Positions 40,554 through 49,188 of a stretch of 64,000 nt of DNA are shown here, one piece after another. The DNA comes from a virus (taxonomy: Duplodnaviria > Caudoviricetes). The position numbers and the translations under genes are program-made. The stretch covers positions 1 through 64,000 of the IMG/VR virus record IMGVR_UViG_3300015607_004069. One strand, written 5' to 3'. Under the pieces are notes generated by a model, which searched no databases, was not told the origin of the DNA, and worked only from the letters and a program-made list of their open reading frames with translations. Numbering within the stretch: the stretch's first letter is position 1; the number at the start of each line of letters is the position of its first letter.

Positions 40554-41134
40554 AGTTTAAATCTTTGTCTGAATGATTCTATCGGACCCCAGAAACGGTC
40601 ATTGACAAATGTATTTATTGATTCTCTTGAACCTGTGAACGCTTTTGAGTGTCTGATGTCGATGTTTGGTATTTGACTATTATATGTCTTACCTGCTGGT
40701 TCGGCGATCACTGTATTTGTTTCAGCTATTTTCATGGAAATAGCTGCTCTCAATAGTTCCTTGTGGCCGCTTAATTGACTCAGGTGGAGTGATGGATAAC
40801 CATTTAGCCCAGCATTGAAGAAACCGGCAGGAATGGCTGTCAATAGGTTGGTGTTGTAATAGAGTTCAGGGCCATCTGGTCTGTCATTGAAATGTGAGTG
40901 AGTATAGAGTACATCATGCTCAGCAAGATAGATTAGATCGCTGTGGGCCTGATCTATGCCGCTCAGGATATTTTGATACATTAGGCGATGTGATCGTTCT
41001 GATTGTTTGACTGATATGACGACCATTTCGAAATTTAATTTGTTAGAAGCAGCACTCAGTTCACTCAGAGCTGTCCTTAGAATCCATGGATTGCAATAAC
41101 CATCGCTATAATAAACTATTGTTGCTGTTTGCAT
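40550..41134 (-). CDS. GT-A fold glycosyltransferase-like protein
   Basis: QNILSGI..A.SD.IYLAEHDVLY..SHF (DxD-like) and NIDIRH motifs. Confidence 0.6.
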   Translation of the reverse strand: MQTATIVYYSDGYCNPWILRTALSELSAASNKLNFEMVVISVKQSERSHRLMYQNILSGIDQAHSDLIYLAEHDVLYTHSHFNDRPDGPELYYNTNLLTAIPAGFFNAGLNGYPSLHLSQLSGHKELLRAAISMKIAETNTVIAEPAGKTYNSQIPNIDIRHSKAFTGSRESINTFVNDRFWGPIESFRQRFKL

Positions 41135-41946
41135 TCTTCTTGTGCTCTATGGACGATTTCGTCTATTAGTGCACTATTTACTGGTGTAGACGATTTCATG
41201 TGTGAAATCATATCGACTGGTGACAGGTTGAGTTCAGTGGTGCCTATGATGGCATTGCGAATTCTGTCTTCGTAGGTGTTATCATAAGGTACTTGTTCGC
41301 GAACGGAATGATGCCACCATTCCAGCCATGGTAGACATATACATTTTCGGCCATGTTGGCGATATTTTTCATGAATATATCCTTCTTCACCTCCGAAGCC
41401 TCTAAATAATGGATTGAATCCGAGCCATGCTTCTTTCAGGCATGAGAATAAACCAAGTCCATGGGATACGATTTCATAAGGCTCTGTCATGGTTTTGACA
41501 AAATCGGATTGGGTGAATACACCTAACATAGCTGAACTCCATACGGGCGACCACATGTCCGACTTGTTTATCAGATTGTTGTAGGCCATGGGTCCTTGAT
41601 AGAGGTTCTTCGTAGCTGGGTTTTCTCTGTAGAATTGTTTTAGGCGTGATATACTGTGAGGAGCTAATAATATGTGGCAGTCGATCACTAAAACCGCATT
41701 TCCTCTTGCTATATGAAAAATGTGGTTGCGTGGTTGGGCTGTGCTGTTGTGTGATGTGTATTCGACGTATCTTGTATTTGGTAGGTCTTTGATAAAGTCT
41801 TCTAATTTCTTGTCTTCTTTATTGGCGACTACGAGCAATTCGACGTTGGTCATATCATGATAATATCGTAGGGCTTGTATGGTCATACAAGCCCTTGCGT
41901 AGTCTTCGTATACGGCCATTCCAATGGTGAGTTCGAATTTCGCCAT
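41116..41946 (-). CDS. Glycosyltransferase family 2
   Basis: LTIGMAVYED, ELLVV.N, RN..F..A.G..VLVIDCH, GF...FRGFGGEEGY. Confidence 0.8.
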   Translation of the reverse strand: MAKFELTIGMAVYEDYARACMTIQALRYYHDMTNVELLVVANKEDKKLEDFIKDLPNTRYVEYTSHNSTAQPRNHIFHIARGNAVLVIDCHILLAPHSISRLKQFYRENPATKNLYQGPMAYNNLINKSDMWSPVWSSAMLGVFTQSDFVKTMTEPYEIVSHGLGLFSCLKEAWLGFNPLFRGFGGEEGYIHEKYRQHGRKCICLPWLEWWHHSVREQVPYDNTYEDRIRNAIIGTTELNLSPVDMISHMKSSTPVNSALIDEIVHRAQEECKQQQ

Positions 41947-41949
41947 AGA

Positions 41950-43608
41950 TTAATCTGATGTAGGCGGTGGTGGTAATGGTGGTGGCGGTGGTGGTACTGG
42001 TGGCGGAGGCGGTGGAACAGGCGGTGGAACAGGTGGAGGAACAGGTGGAGGAACAGGTGGAGGAACAGGTGGTGGAACAGGCGGTGGAACAGGTGGAGGA
42101 ACAGGAGTGAATGGTGGTGGAGGGACTGGTATAAATGGAGGTGGCGGCGGCGGTACCACAGTTGTTGTCGGTACAGGAGGCGGCGGCGGAAACGGCGGTG
42201 GAAAAGGCGGAAACGGCGGTGGAAAAGGCGGAAACGGCGGAAAAGGCGGTGGCACTGGTGGCGGCGGCACCGGTGGCGGTGGTGGAAACGGTGGAAAAGG
42301 CGGTGGCGGCACCGGTGGCGGGAACGGTGGAAAAGGTGGAAACGGTGGAAACGGCGGTGGTACCGGTGGTGGTACCGGTGGTGTTGGTGGCACTGGTGGT
42401 GGAAACGGTGGAAAAGGTGGTACCGGTGGAAACGGTGGAAAAGGTGGTGGCACCGGTGGCGGCAATGGTATTGGCGGTATTGGTGGTGGCGGTACTGGAG
42501 GCACTGGCGGTGGCGGCACTGGAGGCACTGCTGGTGCTTTTGGTTCATCGCCGCAGCTTATACTAGCCGAACATGCAAACAGCTCATTGGCTATGTTGCC
42601 CAGATTTTGTCTTGCTTGGGCATCAATATTGTTGATATATTCGCGTAACGCTGTATTCCAAGAATCTGTCAGCTGATTCAGCTTGTCATAATAGAAATTG
42701 ACTACGCTAGTAATATAAACTGACAGGCGTACGGCTGATATTGTTGTGACACCACCATCTGTACCATCTGGTAGTCTAAGGACAAAACAGTCAATTGGCA
42801 ATGAGTCGTTGATTGGTCTTACCAATTGCCAATCTTTAATGGTTGTGTTTTTTGCGTTTGAGTATATTATTGATCTGATGAGTGGTGTAGTGTTCCCAAA
42901 TTGTGCTGGTGTGTTGATGTCGGGTAGGGTGACAGTGCCTATGATGGCTTGAATGCTGCATCCGTCTGATGTGGTTTTCAGGTCCAGAAGTGATGTCTTA
43001 TGAAGACCGTCCAGAGTTTGAATCTCTATTTCTTCTATGGGTGATTCTGTGGTGGTGTCTTCGCCTTGATCACCCTGTAGTCCGACTGGTGTCAGATACA
43101 TTCCGCTGCGTCCTGCTGGTCCGTCTTCTCCTTGATCGCCGTCTTCTCCCTTTGGAGCCGGAATCTGATAGCATGCTGTATTTAGAAAGAGGTCGCTTAC
43201 CCTGATTGTCATACCGGATGTTCCGGCATTATCCTGAATCTGGATGGGGTTTCTAGCGCAGTTTTCTCCTGTGGACGATTTGGCGATTGTGGTCGTGCTA
43301 CAGTCGATAGTCAGACTGTTTGATCTTAGAACGATGTTGCCTGAAATAGCACCAGTTGGATTACTACCGCTTTGATTTAATAGCGATTGGCTGGTTAGTA
43401 ATCCGAAGCCACCGGGGTGGGATGGCAAGCCGTCAATGAGGGCTTTATCTATTGATTTGAGCAATCCACTAGTGGTTTCCGTAGCTGCGCCTATTTGCTG
43501 GACTGCACCTGTCCATTGCCATGTTCTAGTTTCTAGATTGTATACCCAGCGATTGCGCAGGGCATCGATAAACTCTTGTTTGTCAAATGGGTTGGTAGGC
43601 AGTGGCAT
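41950..43608 (-). CDS. Collagen-containing fibre-like protein with about 195-aa proline-rich C-terminus
   Basis: KGEDGDQGEDGPAG collagen motif; LPTNP and AATETTSGLL..IDK N-terminal motifs; PPPV/PPF repeats. Confidence 0.75.
   Translation of the reverse strand: MPLPTNPFDKQEFIDALRNRWVYNLETRTWQWTGAVQQIGAATETTSGLLKSIDKALIDGLPSHPGGFGLLTSQSLLNQSGSNPTGAISGNIVLRSNSLTIDCSTTTIAKSSTGENCARNPIQIQDNAGTSGMTIRVSDLFLNTACYQIPAPKGEDGDQGEDGPAGRSGMYLTPVGLQGDQGEDTTTESPIEEIEIQTLDGLHKTSLLDLKTTSDGCSIQAIIGTVTLPDINTPAQFGNTTPLIRSIIYSNAKNTTIKDWQLVRPINDSLPIDCFVLRLPDGTDGGVTTISAVRLSVYITSVVNFYYDKLNQLTDSWNTALREYINNIDAQARQNLGNIANELFACSASISCGDEPKAPAVPPVPPPPVPPVPPPPIPPIPLPPPVPPPFPPFPPVPPFPPFPPPVPPTPPVPPPVPPPFPPFPPFPPFPPPVPPPPFPPFPPPPPVPPPPVPPPFPPFPPFPPPFPPFPPPFPPPPPVPTTTVVPPPPPPFIPVPPPPFTPVPPPVPPPVPPPVPPPVPPPVPPPVPPPVPPPPPPVPPPPPPLPPPPTSD
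41956..42540 (-). repeat. Low-complexity 9-12 bp tandem repeats encoding PPPV/PPF
   Basis: Repeated GGTGGAGGAACA and GGCGGAAAC/GGTGGAAAA units on the + strand. Confidence 0.9.
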
Positions 43609-43636
43609 AGATAGGCAATCGCAACTTGGTTATTCA

Positions 43637-43954
43637 TTATATATTATTCTTGCTGCAATTGATGCATTTGGTGCAGTCTGGCATGATGTCCAGTCTTTCA
43701 ATCGGAATCGGTTCTAGGCAGCTATCGCAGATACCATAGGTGCCTGCTTCGATCATAGCTAGCGTTTTGTCAATTTGAGAGATGTGACTATATGTATGTG
43801 AAGCTACTGCTGCTGCATCATTTAGAGCATCGGCATTTTGCATAGCATCTATATCATGCATGCTGTCCAGTGCTCCAGTGATTCTAGCTCTTTCATTGAG
43901 CAGCTTGGTCTTCAGTTTCTGAAGATCAATACGTTTGACTTTAGTTCTTGCCAT
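43637..43954 (-). CDS. DksA/TraR-family C4 zinc-finger protein
   Basis: Coiled coil followed by IDKTLAMIEAGTYGICDSCLEPIPIERL..MP....CINC. Confidence 0.9.
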   Translation of the reverse strand: MARTKVKRIDLQKLKTKLLNERARITGALDSMHDIDAMQNADALNDAAAVASHTYSHISQIDKTLAMIEAGTYGICDSCLEPIPIERLDIMPDCTKCINCSKNNI

Positions 43955-44015
43955 ATCTTGGGTCCTAGTTTACATTGTAGGTTTTTTGCAAATTTTCTGC
44001 ATCATAAGGTGCGCT

Positions 44016-45080
44016 ATGTCCAAGTGCTTTATAATACCGCCGTTCGTTTTAAAGAACATGATCGATTACAATATCGAGAACGGTATAGATCATAGCCACT
44101 TTAGCGCGACCTTGAATGATACAGACAAGATCAGAAAGAACTTTGAAGAATCACAAAACACACTAGCCGCGAAACGAGTAGCGGCTACTATGTTCATGAT
44201 GCCTAAAAGAACTCTCATGCGTGCTATATACAATGCAAACAATGGACTGATATTACCGGGTGTTCTGGCGCGTAGTGAAGGCCAGAAGGAAGTAGAAGAC
44301 CCAGCGATTAATGAATTGTATGATTTGACCGGCCAAGTTTATTCATTTTTTCGTGACTTGTGGGCAAGACACTCTATCGATGATAGAGGTATGATAATCG
44401 AGGCTTCTGCCCATTATGGTATAATGTATGATAATGCATTCTGGGAGAATGGTCGGTTAGGGGCCGGTGATGGTGATGGCATACATTTCGGGCGATTTAC
44501 CAGCGATCTGACGGTTATTGCTCACGAACTGATGCATGGCATAACACAGCTGGAAGCTGGTATAATTTATAGCGGCGAAACCGGCGCTGTCAATGAATCC
44601 ATCAGCGATGCTTTTGGGATTTCCATCGACCACTACGTCAATCGTTCAATATTTCAGAATGCCAATTGGGTTATTGGATCTAAAATTATAAAGCCTGAAG
44701 CGAAACTGAACGCTAGAGGCATTCGTGATATTCGTGAACCCGGAACTGCCTTCAATGATCCAAGAATGGGCAAAGATGCTCAGCCTGCACATTATAAGCA
44801 TTATATTAAGGCCAGTGCTACCGATGAAGTCCACTTGAACTCTGGAATCCTTAATAAAGCGTTCTATCTGGTATGTGAGCAACTACAAGAGCCATCATGG
44901 TCATTACCTATTAGAATATGGTATCGAGCACTATGCGAATATGCTGGTAAGGATACCCATTTCAAAAGTTGGGCGAGCATGACTTGTCAAGCTGCTATTG
45001 ATTTATATGGGGCTGGTGGAAATGAATATAAGGCAGTCAAAAGGGCATGGAATGCCGTTGGCATCACTACTGAAGTGTAG
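44016..45080 (+). CDS. Protealysin-like M4 (thermolysin family) metalloprotease
   Basis: Propeptide CFIIPPFVL; YDNAFW, GDGDG, HELMH, NESISD, VHLNSGI.NKAFYL; no signal peptide; TAAGGT RBS before ATG 44016. Confidence 0.93.
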   Translation: MSKCFIIPPFVLKNMIDYNIENGIDHSHFSATLNDTDKIRKNFEESQNTLAAKRVAATMFMMPKRTLMRAIYNANNGLILPGVLARSEGQKEVEDPAINELYDLTGQVYSFFRDLWARHSIDDRGMIIEASAHYGIMYDNAFWENGRLGAGDGDGIHFGRFTSDLTVIAHELMHGITQLEAGIIYSGETGAVNESISDAFGISIDHYVNRSIFQNANWVIGSKIIKPEAKLNARGIRDIREPGTAFNDPRMGKDAQPAHYKHYIKASATDEVHLNSGILNKAFYLVCEQLQEPSWSLPIRIWYRALCEYAGKDTHFKSWASMTCQAAIDLYGAGGNEYKAVKRAWNAVGITTEV

Positions 45081-45089
45081 GGGTGGAAC

Positions 45090-45356
45090 ATGGTGATAAA
45101 TATCACTCGACAAGGCGGGTTTACTAATATAGCTAAGAGTACACGCATTGACACTGATTTATTATCGCCTGTAAAAGCCAGATCAATCAAAGAAGAATTG
45201 TCTAAACTGGTTTCGAACATAAGCCAGTCATGTAATGACAATTCATGTGACAGGTTCACCTATAAAATCAGCTTCGATGATTTGCAGGGCCATCACCAGA
45301 TTATTAAGAATGAATCTAGTATCATTTCATTGCTGGAAGCTATAACCACGGTCTGA
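45090..45356 (+). CDS. Emfourin-like protealysin inhibitor
   Basis: 88 aa right after the protease; I.ITRQGGF..I....IDT..L and DRFTYKI motifs. Confidence 0.8.
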   Translation: MVINITRQGGFTNIAKSTRIDTDLLSPVKARSIKEELSKLVSNISQSCNDNSCDRFTYKISFDDLQGHHQIIKNESSIISLLEAITTV

Positions 45357-46053
45357 CCGGTCGTGATGTGTAGTTTAAATAGTGCTTGGCACAACCATGG
45401 TGATTTAATCCTGTAAGAATATCGCGAGTCTTACCAAGCAAATCGACCGTCGTCAGATTGTGTTTTTTAATCAAATAGTTCAACCACGGCTGATCGCGAT
45501 AGTTGCTGTACTGTAAATGATCTAGCCAGTCGTTGTTAAAGGCAGCTATTTTATCGGAGCTAGCCCTGTAAATGAAACTAGCATCATATAGACCGGTCTG
45601 GGCCTGATAGCCATAGTCTAGGAGCATTTTAGTGCATTTTATGCCAGTGGCATTATCTATGAGTTTATTGATGACTAGTTCTCTCAGTTCGTCATAGGCA
45701 CAATGGCGATGAAAATGTCTATGTAAAGCAATGTCACAGTCTGTCGGGTTCAACAGTGGATCGGCGACCAGCCGCATTCCTCCGTCTATCCATATGCTGT
45801 GTTTGTGAGGGATATAGTTTGGTAATGTGATTTTGATTCTTCGGCTTGTCTTTTTGCTGTCGTTGTCGGCCTGAATTCTAATGATTTTCCATGGATGGAT
45901 TGGTTTTAGTGGTAAATCTGTAATGCATATGAAATCGGCATCTAGTGGTATTGATGGACTCATTAGTTCATCGGCTCTTTTAATAATAGCTGTATATACT
46001 ACGAGATCGCGGGATGCCAACTTTGTAATCGATCTTGATAATTCATCAAGCAT
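45340..46053 (-). CDS. DUF616 (TOD1/MUCI70-like) glycosyltransferase-like protein
   Basis: VVYTAI, DFICITD, SR..KI, SIWIDG, H..R.CAYDE, RDQ motifs. Confidence 0.75.
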   Translation of the reverse strand: MLDELSRSITKLASRDLVVYTAIIKRADELMSPSIPLDADFICITDLPLKPIHPWKIIRIQADNDSKKTSRRIKITLPNYIPHKHSIWIDGGMRLVADPLLNPTDCDIALHRHFHRHCAYDELRELVINKLIDNATGIKCTKMLLDYGYQAQTGLYDASFIYRASSDKIAAFNNDWLDHLQYSNYRDQPWLNYLIKKHNLTTVDLLGKTRDILTGLNHHGCAKHYLNYTSRPVRPWL

Positions 46054-46091
46054 TGATTGGCAAATATCCTATGGGTTTTTGGAGCTAGATT

Positions 46092-46919
46092 ATGTCTGAG
46101 TCATTATTATCTAACATCGGTGTTAAGCTGACACTAAATCAATTAGATAATCCGTTAGACGCAATATCTTTGGCCAGCCAAAGCAATATCAAATTAACTG
46201 AATCTTATTTACAATTTGACAGGGCCATTTGCGAAGGCAATATAGCCGATGCCATTGCCTCTGCTGATTTAATTTCTGAACAATTCAATGGAATTGAGTC
46301 TGTTTCCTATGTTGGCGGTCTGGCTGATATATTGCGTTCGGCTCTGTCTGTTGGATACAATGATAGCAATCATTTGCTTGAATCGCTACGGAAGCCGGGC
46401 CACTCTTTCTATGCCAATAACTATCTGGTGACTCAGAAGCTTCTGCCTAAAACTGGATCATATGTCGTTCTTGAATCGACAGGCAATAAAGTCAATGTCG
46501 CCTTGCTCGACGATATGGATGTGACGGCATCTTTTTCATTTGACGAAGCTTCTCAGAATTGGCACAATTTCGCTAATGAGATGCTTCTTGAAAATGATGG
46601 CCAGAAGCATACCATCCATAGTGATGGAAGACCTGATCTACGCAGAGCGAGAGTAGAATCGGGAATGTCACAGCGAGAGATGGCTGATGCTATGGGGATT
46701 GGCAAATCGACTCTGGCCAAATGGGAATTAGGCCATGCCAATCCTAGACATAATATGGTCCAAAAAGCAGCCAGCGTTGCCGGTGTCAGCCCTGAATCAT
46801 TCTTTGATGATGGCTCAGTAACTGCTTATGAAGGCAATTTGAATAGTGACTCGGAGGAGTCAGAGAAAGAAGAGCCAGTTTCGCAGCAGCACGATGATGA
46901 TGAGAACACCAATGCATAG
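46092..46919 (+). CDS. Protein with C-terminal XRE-family helix-turn-helix
   Basis: LRRARVESGMSQREMADAMGIGKSTLAKWELGHANP; acidic tail; GGAG RBS. Confidence 0.8.
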   Translation: MSESLLSNIGVKLTLNQLDNPLDAISLASQSNIKLTESYLQFDRAICEGNIADAIASADLISEQFNGIESVSYVGGLADILRSALSVGYNDSNHLLESLRKPGHSFYANNYLVTQKLLPKTGSYVVLESTGNKVNVALLDDMDVTASFSFDEASQNWHNFANEMLLENDGQKHTIHSDGRPDLRRARVESGMSQREMADAMGIGKSTLAKWELGHANPRHNMVQKAASVAGVSPESFFDDGSVTAYEGNLNSDSEESEKEEPVSQQHDDDENTNA

Positions 46920-47238
46920 TTTCGAGGACTTATTGAACGAGGTCTTTGATCCATCTCCTGCTATTAGTGGGCAGGCTGATGTCCAGCAAGTTACATCTCC
47001 CAATCAGGATGACAAACCAGATCCCAGATCTGAAAATTTACGCAAGGCGTATGAGTCTTCTCTGGCTAAAGCTAAACAAATAGAGCAGGATGCCGCTAAA
47101 ACACAGGATGTTAATAAATATAATGCCGCAGCTAACGCCAGAAAAGAAGCCGATAGCAGATATAATGCATACCAGAAATCTCTTGACCAGAAGAACTCGT
47201 CGGAAAATGTAGGCATGCCGCAAGAATTTGCGATATAG
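46912..47238 (+). CDS. Hypothetical protein
   Basis: MHSFEDLLNEVF..., low-complexity helical; overlaps the previous stop. Confidence 0.55.
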   Translation: MHSFEDLLNEVFDPSPAISGQADVQQVTSPNQDDKPDPRSENLRKAYESSLAKAKQIEQDAAKTQDVNKYNAAANARKEADSRYNAYQKSLDQKNSSENVGMPQEFAI

Positions 47239-47240
47239 AA

Positions 47241-48002
47241 TTAAAACGTCAGTTTTCCAAGCGGTCTGTTTCTTAGCCTATCCCATTCGGCTGTGTGATG
47301 CTCAGCTGCGCTATGCCATAAATTCTGACCGTTTCTCCAACGATAAGCACCAAGTGGAGCATTCAAAAATTGAAAGTCTTTAATGCCATTTTTCCAAGCA
47401 CGAAGCCAGAGGTCGCAATCAGCTAACGCTTTGAACCATGGGTCAAACAAACCGATTTGATCATGTATAGAGCGATCCCATAATGGAAAGTGTCCACAGC
47501 TGACTAGATCGGCATCCGGGTTATAATGAGTAGCATTGTTAGCTGTGCCTCTAATTTCTGACCAGTGATTGATGTTTTCTCCTATGACATACCAGTCACT
47601 GAAACAAATTTTCGATTTGGTTTGTTCTAATGTTCTGATGGCTTCGTCAAAGTAATTCGGGGCATTCAGGTCGTCGGTATTGCAGTTGGTCAGATATTTA
47701 GTAGATGTCCTGTTGATGATGTGATTCCATGCTCCATAGACGGTGCAGAAATCTATGACTTCATAGTGAAAATTGTCATATCCGGCGAACGATTCGCAGA
47801 TCAGATTATCGGTCGGATCAGGGCTTTGTGCATTGACGCAATAAATTAACAGCTGACCACGTTTGTAGGCGTTTGTTTCGAATAGGTTAGTTAGTCTTGC
47901 TCTGAGCCATCGTGATGAATTGTAGATTGAAACCATCGCTGTCACTTTAAGGTCGGACATTTTCTTTTGCCTTTTGGGAACAATGATAACTCGTCTCTTC
48001 AT
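47241..48002 (-). CDS. Glycosyltransferase family 2
   Basis: VTAMVSIYN, VYGAWN, YLTNCNTDD, IGLFD..F...ADCDLWLR. Confidence 0.85.
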   Translation of the reverse strand: MKRRVIIVPKRQKKMSDLKVTAMVSIYNSSRWLRARLTNLFETNAYKRGQLLIYCVNAQSPDPTDNLICESFAGYDNFHYEVIDFCTVYGAWNHIINRTSTKYLTNCNTDDLNAPNYFDEAIRTLEQTKSKICFSDWYVIGENINHWSEIRGTANNATHYNPDADLVSCGHFPLWDRSIHDQIGLFDPWFKALADCDLWLRAWKNGIKDFQFLNAPLGAYRWRNGQNLWHSAAEHHTAEWDRLRNRPLGKLTF

Positions 48003-48057
48003 TTCTTTCTCCGAATTTAAATAAGTTTGATATCGTATTTACTTACAGGCAAATTCA

Positions 48058-49188
48058 ATGAATCTCGGCAGGTTTGTTTACAAAATTGATGAAGATACTT
48101 ATTATGATTCTTTGCGCCACAAGCGGATTAATTCAGCTGCAGTCATTGAATGTCGATTATTGGCTGGTCAAGAGGCTGACGCAATAGAACGGTATCTGAT
48201 GGCTCCTAAGCCCATTCAAAAAATAACGCTTATTCCGTCCTATGAATGCAATTTAAGATGTAAAATGTGCATTATAGGGCATATGTTAAAAGCACCAACT
48301 GGTTCTGATTACGGATCTACTGATCTCAATGCCTTTGTGCGATTTATGCGTAGAATAGGAACCAATTATTGTGGGATTATCGGGGGAGAACCATTTTTAC
48401 ATCATCGTATGATCTCTGGCATAAAACAATTGATGCCAGAATCATATTTGAATATTACCACTAATGGCGTGTGGGATTACGAAGAGGTCAAGGAAGCAAT
48501 AGCAGCTTGCGGCGTATTGACTTTCAGCATTGATGGCCTGCCGGAGGATCACAATGCTGCTAGAATTCCTCTGAAAATGACAAAGGAAAAATTCGGATCT
48601 GATGAATTTGCTGTCTCCCTTCGTAATCTAGCTAAGGTCTGTAAGCATCACCCTGATGTTAATGTAGCTGTTCAGGGTAGCATGATGCATGCCGATTATG
48701 ATGAACATTATATCTGGGTCTATTTTCAAACCATGATAACGCTTGGTGTCAAATTGGAAAACATTTCTTTGTCCAATGCTGCTTCATCCAAATTCTGGAA
48801 TAATAATAAGATAAATCAGCATGGGATACACAAGACTACTAGAAAAAAGCCATGTTGTGATTTTCTTTTGGGCGGTGATTATGTAGTTTATAATAACAAG
48901 GTCTATTCGTCTTATTATAATTTAAATCAGGATCATGCCATTGGCGACCTTGACTCGTCGATTGATGAGCTGAATTCCAATCAAATGAAGTACATCAGAT
49001 CTTCTATGCCTATTTTGAGTGATCCGGTATGCATGACTGAATGTAAGGCCGTTGGAATCTGCTGGGGCATGTGTACTAACTTGACGCATGATCATATCAA
49101 TAGTGGCACTAGGCTGAGTGATATTTGTGGACGTGCCACCAAAGAAGAAGCAATGGCGGGGATTGTTGCTAATGAATTATCAAGATAG
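48058..49188 (+). CDS. Radical SAM protein with SPASM-type C-terminal domain
   Basis: CNLRCKMC, GGEPFL, ITTNG, FSIDG; C-terminal CMTECKAVGICWGMC...IC cluster. Confidence 0.9.
   Translation: MNLGRFVYKIDEDTYYDSLRHKRINSAAVIECRLLAGQEADAIERYLMAPKPIQKITLIPSYECNLRCKMCIIGHMLKAPTGSDYGSTDLNAFVRFMRRIGTNYCGIIGGEPFLHHRMISGIKQLMPESYLNITTNGVWDYEEVKEAIAACGVLTFSIDGLPEDHNAARIPLKMTKEKFGSDEFAVSLRNLAKVCKHHPDVNVAVQGSMMHADYDEHYIWVYFQTMITLGVKLENISLSNAASSKFWNNNKINQHGIHKTTRKKPCCDFLLGGDYVVYNNKVYSSYYNLNQDHAIGDLDSSIDELNSNQMKYIRSSMPILSDPVCMTECKAVGICWGMCTNLTHDHINSGTRLSDICGRATKEEAMAGIVANELSR

Noticed and set aside
41956-42540. Repeat region as CRISPR array or DGR
   Set aside because: No constant repeat with unique spacers, no cas or reverse transcriptase genes; coding low-complexity repeat
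42107-42676. Gly-rich and VEKAET-repeat ORFs on +, and His/Arg-rich ORF 41883-42548 on -
   Set aside because: Shadow frames of the Pro-rich repeat; only the Pro frame is continuous with an upstream globular gene
43935-44015. Hydrophobic N-terminal extension of the M4 protease as a signal peptide
   Set aside because: Depends on a TTG overlapping the divergent dksA-like gene; ATG 44016 has an RBS and gives the typical protealysin propeptide
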